From Marsupella aquatica (lineage: Eukaryota; Plantae; Marchantiophyta), in assembly GCA_973895155.1 (NCBI GenBank), contig OZ316892.1, positions 19,975,869 through 20,039,868 on the forward strand: a stretch of DNA of 64,000 bases. The letters are read 5' to 3'. A model generated the notes under the pieces. It ran no database searches. It had not been told where the DNA came from and saw only the letters and a program-made list of their open reading frames with translations. Position 1 is the first letter of the stretch. Each line of letters opens with the position of its first letter. Shown one piece after another: positions 1-12,229 of this stretch. Both the position numbers and the translations under genes were made by a program.

Positions 1-1271
1 CCTCAATGTCCTTTTGTCTATCCCATTTTAGGTTTTGTTTTAACAGAGACTCATTATCAGTTTTGTCTGTATTAGGGTCACAATATAGAGGCTTCACTCT
101 AGACCTGGGCCCTTAAGAATATACTTTAGTTTGCATTTTTTTTGTAATAAGATAAATGAGCCATGAGGCTCTTGAGCATCAGGGTTTGTGAAAGGCCCGA
201 CCAGCTTCCCCACCCATCTACACTCACCACAAGCAATAAACCTTGGCTGGAATGGTCACTTTCATCAATTGGTCTTAGCTGGCTGTATCTGCTAGCTTAT
301 AGAGCACAGGACTACTCGTCTCAAGAGTAAAAAATGCTAGACCATGAGGTTAGGGTTCAAAAAGTGGGAGTAAAAAATGCTAGCTTTTTCTAATTTATGG
401 CATGCAAAATTATCATCCACAGGTTAGGGAACAAAGGCAAATTCCAGTGTCTTGATTGAGTCGAGATCCGTAAACAGTAGAGATTGCTCCTTCTTTGATT
501 TACTTTATGGTGCTTTAGGGTGCTGCAGCGCACTGTACAATGATAGATCACATCATCAACAGCCCCTTCAATAACGCCTCTGTCATGTCAAACGGCTGTG
601 ATAGAGCTCTCGAAGTTATTGATGGTCGACAAAGGACTAGACCCAGCTCCCTCCCTCTTCTTCTCCTTCAGCTTGCTTGCACCCTGTCTATTGTACTGCC
701 CTTCAGAGCAAGCTCGTCGACGTCAATGAAGAACTTCAGGGCAAACGAAGAATAGCAGATTTTGACGTTGAAAGAGTCGTTGGAACAACAATACATCAGT
801 TTCCGTCCGATGCAACTGAGTTCTGGTGACAGTGTTTTGAATTCCAAAAGTTCACGACGGTACAAGTTGAATGTGTATGAACGTGCTTTTTCCCATGAAT
901 AGAACAATAAGCTCGGTTTTCCTTAAATTCAATTTGCAATTCAGCGATTGCTAAATCAAGTATCTCGACTACAGGATTCAATGGTCAATTCCTTGTTGAG
1001 CTCGAATCGTCTGGAGGCATACTCCGATTCGCACAAGCTATTGAAAAACAACCTGTACATGTCATCGAGACACAGAAATACCAGTTGTTGAGCGGATAAT
1101 TATGTTTACTCAGAAGCAGAAGAGAAAAGGCACAAGGCAGGAGGCGATCTTTGTGCATGAATCAAATCATGAATCAAATTTTCCGTCAACAAGGTGTTGG
1201 CAGGGGGGCCATCACTGTGTTGGACTCATTCGCCTTCCTACACAACTGGAGCATTTCTAGCTTAATGTCTG

Positions 1272-1505
1272 CATCGACGAGTTGCTGATGAACTAGTCTG
1301 CGTCAACGGGCTGTTGATGAGACCTGATTCCCATACATTTTCGAATTAATTGACTCTTCATCGACGAGTTGCTGATGAAGTAGTCCGCGTCAACGGGCTG
1401 TTGATGAGACCTGATTCCCACGCATGTCTAGCATAATTTACTCTCCATCGGCTACTTGCTCTTGTAGTCTGCATCAACGGGCTGTTGATGAGACCTGATT
1501 CCCAC
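1272..1505. repeat. Tandem repeat, ~2.7 x 87 bp
   Basis: Units start at 1272, 1359 and 1446 and share TCAACGGGCTGTTGATGAGACCTGATTCCCA; lies just 3' of the alliinase-like gene. Confidence 0.9.
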
Positions 1506-1568
1506 ATTCTGCGTCTTCCTGGTTTACTTGTTATCGTTGGCGCGATGTCTCAAGAAGTGGAGGACACT

Positions 1569-3714
1569 CTAGCCAGCAACTAGAACAGACAGGTATTTCT
1601 CAAGTTGTTGATAGTCAGAATCTCGCTTGAGCAAAGAAAATCGGACATGGCGATTGGTGACTCCGTAGTTGACTCCTGGGTATGTTCTTATTCCCGAATT
1701 GAGAAACAGGTTGTAACAGTCTTCCTCCTCATCTCTGTTGCAGTAAACCCAAGCGTACGCTGCATAATACATATTGTTATTCAGATTGCACATAGGCCTG
1801 CTGCGAGAACATAAATGTGCATACCATTGAACAAGAAACTATCCGAAACACAAAAGGCAAAAAGGCCACAGGTAAATAAGAAAGACCAGGCAGCAAACTG
1901 CAAAAGGAATGAATACAAACGCACCCTTCTCAAAAAGGGCACCAGCAACGGCGCTCAAAATCAAATCTGGTGATTGAAAAGGTTATGTTATCGAAGCATC
2001 GCCCCTCTGTCAAGCTGTTTGTTTTGCAGATTGGAATTGTTAGTTCATACCTGGCGAAGCAGGAAGTGTCTGGCCGAAGAAGGCGCAGTACTCCGATTCA
2101 AGTTTCAGTATAGAGAAACGAGAAGAACGGGCCAAGATCCCTTGAATCCATTCATAACGAGCTGACAACACCGCTCGACCATAATGGAAGACGCGCCCTT
2201 CTGCTGCATACCGCGCTGCTGAAAGACCCATGGGCACCGGGCCATTGTCTCTGCTGTACACTGCATTGACTCCCCTCAGGATCTGATAAGCTCTGGTTTG
2301 AGAATCATGAGAAATTGTCAGAGAATTGATAGTCAGCACGGTCCTCACTAGCATGGCCATTTCTGGATCTCTGAAGAACGCCCACCTGTAACCAACCACC
2401 AAAAGAATTATTGTCAGCGAGTTATATGAATGCAAGATTAAACTCAGGATTAAACCCCCAAGACGAGACTGAGTTGAGTACCCACCCTAGACGAGTGCCG
2501 GCATGGCCGCCGACTTTGGAGAAAGTGAAGACCATGATGTCCTCATCAAAAGCGTGGTCCATAGATGACATGGAAGGCCAATTGTAAGCAAAATCGAAAA
2601 CCGGGTGACTCCCATTGAGAACAGGTTTTCGAGGCAAGAAGGTGGGATTGTTTGGCGTCGTCACATATTCCAAGACATTCTTGCCAACGGTGGAGCCAAA
2701 GGTTGTCGCCTCTCCTCCCCATGCATAAAGGTTGTTGCCGAACATCTCAGCCTGCCTCTTGTACAGCTGCACCCCACCCCAATCAGACAATCAATCAATC
2801 CATTAATCCATTAATCCATCACTGCTTCACATATACAAAGATCAATGATTGCAATAGATTGCAATCACATTTTCCGTGCAGCCTTCGCTTCATACCTCAT
2901 AAAACGGAGTGAGGCCGACCAGGCTAGTTTTCCCGGAATAGGTAAGAGAATGCGCTTGAGCGATGGCCATGAGCATTTGTGAAGATCCGGCTGAGATCAC
3001 AAAGCTCTTGTCTTTCGTGACGGCATTTCCGACCAGCTCATGTAACGCTCGGATTTCTGATTCCAGCGCTGAGGTGGTTCCGCTGACGGTATTGGTCCCC
3101 TCCCAATAACTTATCCGGTACCATGGTGGAGTCACTAGAGTCCCAATGTCCGCATTCTGCTTCCAAAAGACCTCGTACATCACAGGATCTCCACTGCATC
3201 ACTCAACAAAAAGTACTCGATACATGAAATCTGTCAAATTGAGACGGTTCATTTATCAACTGCTAGGAGTGAGATTGATAGATTGACTTTCAAAGTACCT
3301 GTCCAAGGCCGCGACACAGTCAGGGAGATATTCTGCACAAGTCGGGCCTGTGAAGCAGTCATGGCATTCGCAGACGACCTCGTTAGCGCTAGTTGGCAGG
3401 GTGTCCATGAAGACGGTGCCATGACCCGAGCATTCATAAGTCGCGAGATGTTCTGCAATCTCAGCCGCGCCATGAGCCCAATCTTCTCTCTTTCTGTCCT
3501 GCTGCGGCCCCACTAGCTTCGATTGTTCGTGAGAGACGGAACTAAAATACCACCATGTGTAGAAGTTCGACAGCAGAACCAAGAACAGGAGCCATCTCGT
3601 TACCCGCTCGCGAGTCGAGAGTAGATGTGCGGCTCCTCCAATTCCGGCTGCTTCTCCCAAAAGGGGCCGATGGCTCTCTTCGTCCACCACCTTCTCGTCG
3701 CCAGTAGCACCCAT
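1569..3714 (-). CDS. Alliinase / tryptophan aminotransferase-related (TAR3/4-like) PLP enzyme with N-terminal TM anchor and EGF-alliinase domain, ~506 aa
   Basis: Five GT-AG exons in consistent phase: 3714-3299, 3193-2896, 2766-2486, 2385-2051, 1759-1569 (1521 nt). Motifs: CSGHG..CECHDCFTGPTC (EGF), DSGDP, TTPNNP, DFAYNWP, PLP lysine in TFSKVGGHAGTRLGW, PAYAW. Confidence 0.92.
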
Positions 3715-4059
3715 CTCGAATTCGATCACTCAACCCACTAAAATGAATCCGTTCTGTTCATCATGGCCGGCACCAAGTAAACAACCCACCACGTAAGGAT
3801 TGATTCATACGGGTAGTGTTTTGAACCACGACAATAATATGATAGTCTTCTACAAAATCTGTTTAAAAGCGACCCCAACAATTGCAATGACTTGAAAGAG
3901 AGCTACGGTCTGTGTCATCTCTTGGTCTGAATCTTGATCTAGATATCTCGAGTAAGAGCGCCATGTAACTCGATCTGGAGAAGATATCTGGTCTAGGCAG
4001 ATCATCGCCGACGAGATCACGCTCGATTTGTTCAAGAGTCCGACCTATTAAGTGCTCAA

Positions 4060-4272
4060 CCGAGATATTTGAGCCCTGAAATCAACAAACATTCGTTTTG
4101 CGGCTTAAATTCGGCCGCGCTCTTAAACAATGTTGATATAGGGCGGAAAGGATGGCACGCATCAAGTGTCACCTGAGATATGTGAGCCCTGAAATCAACA
4201 AACATTGGCTTTTGGGCTTCAAATTCGGCCGCGTTTGAACAATGTTAATCGAGGGCCGAGAGGATGGCACGC
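4060..4272. repeat. Diverged direct duplication, 2 x ~100 bp (period 113), upstream of the alliinase-like gene
   Basis: GAGATAT.TGAGCCCTGAAATCAACAAACATT...AAATTCGGCCGCG...AACAATGTT...GGATGGCACGC at 4062 and 4175. Confidence 0.85.
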
Positions 4273-5613
4273 GCAACACGATGTCAGAACGGGGAGACTC
4301 AACAGAAGATATGCAAGCGGCTGCCATTACTGATGAAAACGGGCAGATCAGTGAATGTCGACAGATGCTATCGACCCAGCCGTCTGCTTAAATTCACTTT
4401 GGTAATTATATCAATCTTTATGTTCCCTAGCGGACTACAAACTGTTCGGGCCGCGAAATCTTCTCCTTTGGCTTGGGATGAGAAGCTCTACAATATCGCC
4501 CCGTACGCCATCGCATGTATGTCTATATGATTCAGCCCTTTCATAGCAGGACTGGTCAATCAGCGCACTACCCCCATACAAACGGTGGGTCACTCATGCG
4601 GTGTATTTCTCCATCATTCAGCTCAACTCACGTCGCCTGGCCTGCGGGCCCTTCAGAGCATGATCCCTATCCTAGCTTGTACCCTCCTCAAAAAGGTTGG
4701 TTTAGCACAACGCTATCGATCAGTTAATCGATCCTCACAGGGTCCCAACGGTGTCTGTCCTTCAAGAAAATCTGCATGCAGCACTGGTCAAAGAGTGCCA
4801 ACATAGTGTTCAGTTGACTTGCCTTTCAACAATTTTTCCTCTCCGAACCCGACTGTGAGGGGCGCGTGCAGACGTCGAGCGCATTGGAAATTCAATGACC
4901 TGCTGCAGTAGTAGAACGGCGCTTTGAGAAAATTTTGTCTTCGATCTCGTAAAGTGTTGGCCGACTGTCATATCGCCACCATTGCTTTGACAGTATACCT
5001 ACCACATATCAATCCGTTGCAGAACATAAATCAGCTAAGTAACTATGACAAATTTCGAAAACATTCTTCAAGAAGATGCCTGCACCCGAATATTGTGCAC
5101 ATTGATGGTAGGGAAACATTTTCCAAGAATCCATTGCATCTCGACCCGATCAACCATCCGCAAGTCTGAAGAACGAAGAAATATCGGAATCGAGTTGTGG
5201 AATCAATCCCTACTCACCGTGGACACTTTCCGGACCTCAACCGATCCCGTGTCCGAATGGCGATCCTGAACTTGAAGCTATCAACCATAGCACGAGGCCC
5301 GACGGCAGCAGCATCCACTGCACAAGCAGAAGGCTCTTGTGAGTTGCGTGCAGGCGCTATCCGATACATGACTACCTGCTGAAGTTTGGCCGACAATCTC
5401 TTGTAGTCTTGTTGCTTCTTTGTGGGTCCGTGTTGATTTTCAATCCGATGTGCGTATTGGCTTGCAGCTTCGCCCGGGCCTTCGCAGTCACAGATGCGAA
5501 CACTTTTCTGGTCACTACTGTATATCTCCCTGTTTCCACGGGGTTGTGGTTATAATTATAATAATGTCCAAAAAGTGGTGCTTTAGCCAAGTTTTGAGGT
5601 CTATTATTGTCTC

Positions 5614-6794
5614 CTAGACCAATAGCTTTTCTTTTCCATAAAAGATGTTGAAGTTAAAAATTAAAAAATTGGGTTGCACAAACTATGTTGAGATGATGAA
5701 AAGAAATCAAGGTGAACAAAATATCTGGAAGAGAGAAAAGATGACAATGTGAGAAAAAAACTTTAAGATAAAGAAAAGAAGTCAAGGAGAGAGAAAATGT
5801 TAAAAATAAAATTAAAATGTCATGGTGAAAAAAAAATATCAAGGTGAAAAAAAATGGGAAAGAAAAAATGTAATAGGTAAAATTATAATGTTGGGGGTGA
5901 AAATAAAATATCTTGGTAAGATAAAGATGTCAATATGAGAAAAAGATGATGAAATGAGAAAAAATTGGCAAGACAGGAAATGTTGAAAAAAGATAAATAT
6001 GTGAAGATTATAAAAATATGTCAAAGTAAAAAAACATGTCAAGGCCAGACAAGAAATTATAAGCTTTACAATGTAATTATCAAGACATGTTATGTGTGAT
6101 CCCGACCATATATTTTTGTGATCGTGTTCTATAATTCATCCATTGCACAAAGGAATTTGAGATTGGAGATATGTTATGTGTGATCCCGACCATATATTTT
6201 TGTGATCGTGTTCTATAATTCATCCATTGCACAAAGGAATTTGAGATTGGAGATAACGGCCACGCATATAGAGTCCAAGCACAATCGAATGAGAAGGAAA
6301 ATACAGTTCTTAAAATTTAAAAATTTTAGTACTAAAAACTTTCCATGTTTTTCAAATTTCAGAATTTAAAATTTAAAATTAAATATGAATCACTTTAATT
6401 ATTTTTTAATTAAGTTCTTCATCTTGGGCAGGTGCGGGCTGGCTAAAGGGCATCTTGAACAGATGTTTATTTTAGTTAGGTGTACGGATAGATCTAAGGG
6501 TGATAAAAATAAAATTTTGATGAAAGATCAAAATTGGTTCTCACTTTTTTATTAAAGATACAGTATTTTAGTGGTAAAAAATGATACAGGGGGTAAAACT
6601 TTATATGCATGGATGGTACCAAAAGGACACTGGTGCATTGGGAGCCTCTTCTTCCTAAACTTTTCCCTTTCACACTAGAGGTCATTAATTTTCTTTATTC
6701 CTTCTCTTTGTCGGATTGTTTTTTGCTTGGGCCCTGCAAATTTAAAAGACGACCACTCTATAAAAGAGTCGGGGCCTTGTATTATAGTTCCTCA
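5614..6794 (-). mobile_element. Old, decayed non-autonomous Helitron copy (H0)
   Basis: Reverse complement of 6680-6794 matches the 5' end of the copies at 7462, 12812 and 57100 (ACTATAATAC...AGAGTGGTCGTC...AAATTTGCAGGGC...AGAGAAGGAATAAA). 5650-6045 is the eroded 3' repeat array, ending CATCTTTT...TATTGGTCTAG at 5614. Confidence 0.6.
6087..6254. repeat. Perfect tandem duplication, 2 x 84 bp
   Basis: ATGTTATGTGTGATCCCGACC...GAGATTGGAGAT at 6087 and 6171. Confidence 0.92.
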
Positions 6795-8047
6795 AACAAA
6801 CCAAAGGCACCAGACTAGGAGACAAGACAAGATCCCAAAGCTAAGTGACAACCAAGATCCCAATGCTAAAGACCCAATCAATTGGAGGCAAAAAAATAAA
6901 ATGAAAAGGCCCGAAATATATTTCACATTTCAATCCTCAAAAGTTTTATCTGTGGGGTTTTAGAGAATTTATCCAAAAAAACAACAACAAAGAAAATTTC
7001 CAAGGAATACTCAAAAACTTTTTAAAATTGTTCGTGGTCTCCTGTCACTGGAAATTGAGATTTTATTTTCTGACCAATAATACAAATAGAGGACGAGTCT
7101 CAAAACACCCTTGCATAGCTTAATGTACATAGTCTTTCGTGGGAAAATACATTTGAAAACTACAGTAGTGAAGGGATGAAATTACAACAAAAGACTTGAT
7201 AGGATCCTTGCAGGCAAAAACAAACCCACAAGGCCCCCTTCTTTTAAAAGCAATTTTGTTGGGCAGCTGTCCCTGCAACCGCTGTATCCCTCGTTGTGTC
7301 ATGTCCACTTCCCAGTCACCTGTCCTGCAACCCTCATAAAAATTAAAGAAATATACCAACCCAAACAGAATTGCGTCTCTCCTAAATGGTGTGTAGGGTA
7401 TACCCTCTACTTGAATTTTCTGTTCCCCCATGATTGTACCGCTCCTAACACATCATCATCATCAAGAACTATAATACACAGTTGTGCCATTTTTTAGAGT
7501 GGTCCTCATTCAAATTTGCAGGGCACAAAAATTAAAAAATCTAATCAAAGATAATCAATAAAGCCAAAGTGTGAATTGAGTTTAATGTGAGTCACAAAAA
7601 GTTGCACCAATGCCCAAAACAAGCAAGAATAATTACACCAGGCACACAAAAAAAGAAGTGAAAGACTTTAACACAATGCACAAGAATGTGACGGGTACCC
7701 CGTCACGGGAAGTCACACATAACTGGTTGCAAAGGCCGATACCTTGTTAATAGTCAATGTAAATAAGCCATTTTTTAATTTTTAGTTAATTCCGTCATTA
7801 TAGGTTGATGATGCCCCAGGTGACTTTATATTCTTTCTCTCATAATAGTTCTAAGATTTGCGGCGACCTAAGTGGGCAAATATTTTGGGACCTTGAAACT
7901 AGCCAGGACCAGCCCCATAGGACTTACCGTTTTGCTTCAAGAGCTATTGTTGAGACCCCCATTGCAAAGTCAGGAGAGGGGGGGGTTTTTTTTTAAATAA
8001 ATCCCTCCTCAGGAGGGCGAGTCCCATTAGTGGCCGTCCGAGAGAAA

Positions 8048-8375
8048 GAGGGGCTGCCTCGCGAGCCCATAGGGCTGCGTGCCCGGGCGATTAATGGGGC
8101 TCCGCGAGCTGAAGGGGCTGCCTCGCGAGCCCATAGGGCTGCGTGCCCGGGCAATTAATGAGGCTCCGCGAGCTGAAGGAGCGCAAGCGAGCGGGGGGGG
8201 GGGAGTTAAAGGGCCTCCCGCGAGCTGGGAGGATCACGCGAGCGGGGGGGAGTTAAAGGGCCTCCCGCGAGCTGGGAGGATCACGCGAGCGGGGGGGAGT
8301 TAAAGGGCCTCCCGCGAGCTGGGAGGATCACGCGAGCGGGGGGGAGTTGAAGGGCCTCCCGCGAGCCGGGAGGAA
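8048..8375. repeat. GC/CpG-rich tandem arrays inside element A (2 x ~64 bp, then 4 x ~47 bp)
   Basis: Unit GCGAGCGGGGGGGAGTTAAAGGGCCTCCCGCGAGCTGGGAGGATCAC; recurring CGCGAGC core; each unit has a CCTCCC/GGGAGG mini-hairpin and G-runs. Confidence 0.92.
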
Positions 8376-8796
8376 TGGCCGCGCGCCCTGCATAGGGCCG
8401 CGCGCAGGAGGACGCAAGGGTAAGGCCCGAGAAATGGGCCGGGGCGCATGGCGAAGGCGCCAGGAGTTTTTTCGGTTCTATTTTTTTTCCTTCCTTTTTC
8501 TTTCCCTCTTCCTTTTGCACGACCCTCTCATTGCCGAAAGCAAAAACGGGGTTCTTCTCTCTCTTGCCGGAAGCTCTCTCCAGATTCTAATTATTTTTGA
8601 AGCTCTCTCTTTCATGGTGGATTAGTGGGGCTTGCTGGCGTCATTCTTCCAGGCATTAGTGGCGGCCGCACGGAGTAGTGACGGGAAATTGAGAGAATTT
8701 AAGTGATCGGGCTACGGGGGCTGTTTCGGGCCAGGGAATTGACATTGCCACGGGTGACGGGATTGGTGATTGAGAAATTGATTTCGGGATGCATGG

Positions 8797-10653
8797 ATGC
8801 TAGATCAACCAGAGTTTAGTGCGTCACGCATTCGGAGATACAAGGCTGCTTACCGTGACTACGTGGAGACTCGGATTACACGGGAAAGGGAAGAGAGAGA
8901 AGTTATGATGAGCACGGGATTGGCAGCGGGTTCCTCACCGGTGGGTAGGAAGATTTTTCGTCGAATTTATCCCAAGACCTCCACCAAGGTGATGGAGGAT
9001 TGTCGGAACATTTTCCAAGCCACCGGGCTTACAGAATTCATGAAGGTGGAGATTACCATCCCTTCAGGGAAGAGCTGGGACATTGAGGCCGGGATGGAGT
9101 TCCGAACGGAGGGAATCTACTTTGAATGTCTCAAACGTGTAGTGCCCCATGTGGAGTTGGCTAAGCTATTGTTTCTTGAGAATCAGAAATTCTCATTCAC
9201 ACCTCGGAATATCAGGGGAGAACTCACGTTGAAAATGGTGGCCACTTGGGTGACCAATCCTACCTCCACCACCGCCATCCCTCTTTCTGCTGTCAAGGAT
9301 GTTGAGTATAAGGGCTTCCTGGCCAAGGTGCATCAACGGGTTCTTGGCAACGTGCAATCCGGAGTGCTGAATGAGGAGCATTTCGTGGTAGCTATGGACA
9401 TCAAGAACTACCCAGCCCATGTGTACGGATGGTGGTGCTACGGATTGAAGAAGCTATTGGCCGTTGAGCCCGGGAGTGTGAAACCAGGTGGGGCTGTACA
9501 TTTGATGGGGTCATTTGTATTGGCCAGGGCAGAAGGGTTGATTGGTTCTCCGGGGCATGAAGACACGGGATCATCTCTCACCACGGAGATCCGGAGTATT
9601 GCCACTACCGTTTTAGGGAAGCTCACGGAGGAATCATTGTCTGCTGGTGGGGAGGATAATAGAGAAGAAGAGAACCAGGAGGATGATTGCACATTGGAGT
9701 GGCTTGAATCACTCGTGGGAGATCCGAAACAGCCTCTGGAATACAACATTCCGGATGTTTACTTGGCAGAGCTACGGGATTTCAGAGAGGGAGTCCACGA
9801 GGGACTCAAGCTAGTCCACGCATTGAGGGAGTCTCTCAAGCACGCCACAGTCAAAGTAGAGACGTTAGAGCAGAGCATCCTGTCACTGAAGGAGGTGATC
9901 AAGACCAAGGAGCAGACCATTCATGAGAAGGTCAGGCACATCAATGCAGCTCACGTAGAGATCACCAACTTGAAGGGAGCTTTGTCCACCAAGGCCAAGG
10001 AAGCAGAAGAAGTAGGAGCGTTGAGGCAAGCATTGGCCAAAGAGAAGCAAAATTCTGGAGAAGTGATGGAGTGGAGGAACCAGGTGGGAGCACTACGGAG
10101 TCAGGTGGCAGCCTTTGAGACACGAGCGAAGAGAAGTGAGGCCCTGAGTCTAGGGAAACGGAAGAGTCCCGGCACACCTGGCTCCACACTTTCCCCGGAT
10201 GTGATCTCCCAAGCTATCGAGATGGTGGTGAAGGAGGTTAGTGGGAAGTATGGACCCTTGTTGGATGGAGCCAAGAAGAGTCAGGAGAAGAGTAAGAGCT
10301 TGGAGAAGAAGCTCCGGGAGGTACGGAAATCGTTACGGGAGGCTCAGGTCAGTACGGGGATGCCACCCAGGTCTGTCACCCCCGGGACTCCCATGGCCAC
10401 GGGGCAAGTTCTACCGTTGGAGTTGCGGTCCGGAGAAGAGGCTACCCTCTGGAAGGACACAATTGGTGAGGGGTACATCAAGGCGTGGCAGGCCTTGGCT
10501 GCTTTGAGGAAGCGCGGGAGCAGCAGCACTAAGAGTACTCCGTCGAAGAAGAAGAAAAGTACGGTGGCACTCACTCCCGTGAGTGATGAGGAGGAGGACC
10601 ACTCACGGGGCACAAGTCCGGGCACCGAGAGCGAAGAAGAAGAGGAGGATTAG
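8797..10653 (+). CDS. 618-aa intronless TE-associated protein of unknown function (N-terminal globular region, long coiled coil, basic NLS-like and acidic tail)
   Basis: Uninterrupted 1857-nt ORF inside element A; heptad-like region around aa 340-520; KKKK and EEEED tail. No recognised catalytic motif. Confidence 0.75.
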   Translation: MLDQPEFSASRIRRYKAAYRDYVETRITREREEREVMMSTGLAAGSSPVGRKIFRRIYPKTSTKVMEDCRNIFQATGLTEFMKVEITIPSGKSWDIEAGMEFRTEGIYFECLKRVVPHVELAKLLFLENQKFSFTPRNIRGELTLKMVATWVTNPTSTTAIPLSAVKDVEYKGFLAKVHQRVLGNVQSGVLNEEHFVVAMDIKNYPAHVYGWWCYGLKKLLAVEPGSVKPGGAVHLMGSFVLARAEGLIGSPGHEDTGSSLTTEIRSIATTVLGKLTEESLSAGGEDNREEENQEDDCTLEWLESLVGDPKQPLEYNIPDVYLAELRDFREGVHEGLKLVHALRESLKHATVKVETLEQSILSLKEVIKTKEQTIHEKVRHINAAHVEITNLKGALSTKAKEAEEVGALRQALAKEKQNSGEVMEWRNQVGALRSQVAAFETRAKRSEALSLGKRKSPGTPGSTLSPDVISQAIEMVVKEVSGKYGPLLDGAKKSQEKSKSLEKKLREVRKSLREAQVSTGMPPRSVTPGTPMATGQVLPLELRSGEEATLWKDTIGEGYIKAWQALAALRKRGSSSTKSTPSKKKKSTVALTPVSDEEEDHSRGTSPGTESEEEEED

Positions 10654-12229
10654 ATAGGCGTACGGACGTGGGTGTACGGCCTCCAGATTTCCAACATTTT
10701 AGTGGGGGGTCACTCATGGGCTTGTTGGGATGAGCTCGCGGAGCTGATTCCAACAAGAGGCGGCGCTCCTCAAACGGAGCCAGGATGAGCAAGTTATGGC
10801 CTGGAGAACTTATGTTTTTGCGGTACGGAAACGGCCATAACTCAGGCGTCTGAAGTCCGTTGAGGGAGCGACTTAGTGATTCGGAAGCAGGAAAAGAAGA
10901 GCTATCCAGGGGTGAGCTCAGGTGTGCACTTGGAAGGGCACCTAGTTTCGGCCATTTTGGGGTGCCTCTCACTTTCAGGGTTCACGTGTACTGTTGGGGC
11001 GCCGTCGAAGGCACCGTCGGCCCCCTTGTTTTGGGTTTAGGGTTTTAGCAGCATGTGTGTGCCGCATGCTCCTCTTCAGTTTAAGGATTTCTCTTAGTGC
11101 AAGGTTTTAGCGGCGCCGCTAGGGTAGCCGCCACCGTTGTGACCCTGTGAGGGGTGCTTTGGTGTGATTTTTCAGTATTTAGGGGGATAGCCCCGAAGTA
11201 GTTAGGGGGACTCAGTGTGAAGTTAGCAAGGAGGGATAGAGTGGAGCCTGAGGAGTTTGAAAGCGTGTTCAGAGTAGTGAGGGGGAGCCATACTCATTGT
11301 CCGGAGAGGCAGGAGTTGAGTAGACGGCAGGAGGCCGGGTTACTCATGCAATGTGTATCGTTTTTCCCAAGAGATATGGATCTGTACATTTGACTTGATG
11401 GGCTTTTGTTGTGTGTTCCTTCTCCCTTTTTCGCTTTCCGAATTGTGTTCTCCCGTTCTATGATTTGAAGAAACTTGCTTGGTTTGAGTCGGCCTTGTGA
11501 GTAGGGGTGGTGACAGCACTCTTTGGGTGACTCCGAGTGAAGGTGTAGTGGGGTAGTCGGCAGGACTTGATCAAAAGCTGTGGGGTGAGGGTAGTCGGTA
11601 GACTTGATCAAAACCTACATTTCCGGGAGCGGAAACCAAAATACTCATCCTGGTGTGAAAAGAATCCAAATAGCGTCCCTCCACGACCCCGTAATACGAT
11701 ACCAACGGTTTAAGCGAAGAAAAGTGCGGTTTGCACGTATTAACCGTTGGAGAGGCAAGTGACAAAGAATCAAGGAGTATACATCCATGTAAGTAAATAT
11801 TGTACATATTCACATGCAAATTTGTATTGTACATATTCATTGTACATATTTCAATATTGTGTGCATCATAATTTTGTATAATAATGGTAAGAGTCCATAA
11901 AAGTAATTTAATTGTTAACAACATTTTAGTTACTACATCAATAAAAAAAACTATTCTCCCAATATTTGTGGTGATTTTTACAGTCATTTGCAGTGTCAAT
12001 TTCAATGCCAAAAAAACAAAAATAATAAGGCCCAAAGACATAGTGAAGCGCATGGCATGGGTGTTGATGGCAAGGTCTCAGGCGAGGGGCACACTCGCAA
12101 TGTAGGGTAGCCCCTCGATCTCACATGGGTGGGGAAGGGGGGCGGTGAACAAGTGGAGTGATGGTGAATGTGAAAAAGAGAAGACCAAAAATAGGAAAAT
12201 GGGAAAAGGGGGAGGTTAAGGTTTGAAAG

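Larger units (their letters stand above)
7687..11764 (+). mobile_element. Element A: 4078-bp TG...CA element with 5-bp TSD (solo-LTR-like) carrying one long ORF
   Basis: aagaa|TGTGAC...GTGACA|aagaa (TSD 7682-7686 and 11765-11769). No internal direct terminal repeats and no RT/IN motifs seen. Confidence 0.8.

Noticed and set aside
540-1100. Minus-strand coding-like fragments (possible F-box-type gene relic)
   Set aside because: Multiple stops and no diagnostic motif; cannot assign.
1272-1505. CRISPR-like repeat/spacer appearance
   Set aside because: The intervening segments are homologous to each other, the context is eukaryotic and there are no cas genes; it is a tandem repeat.
4264-5600. 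Cluster of short overlapping ORFs
   Set aside because: No recognisable domain or consistent splice model.
7687-11764. Element A as a gene captured by the Helitron or as a DDE DNA transposon
   Set aside because: Its own TSD and TG...CA ends show a separate insertion; there are no long TIRs or DDE motif.
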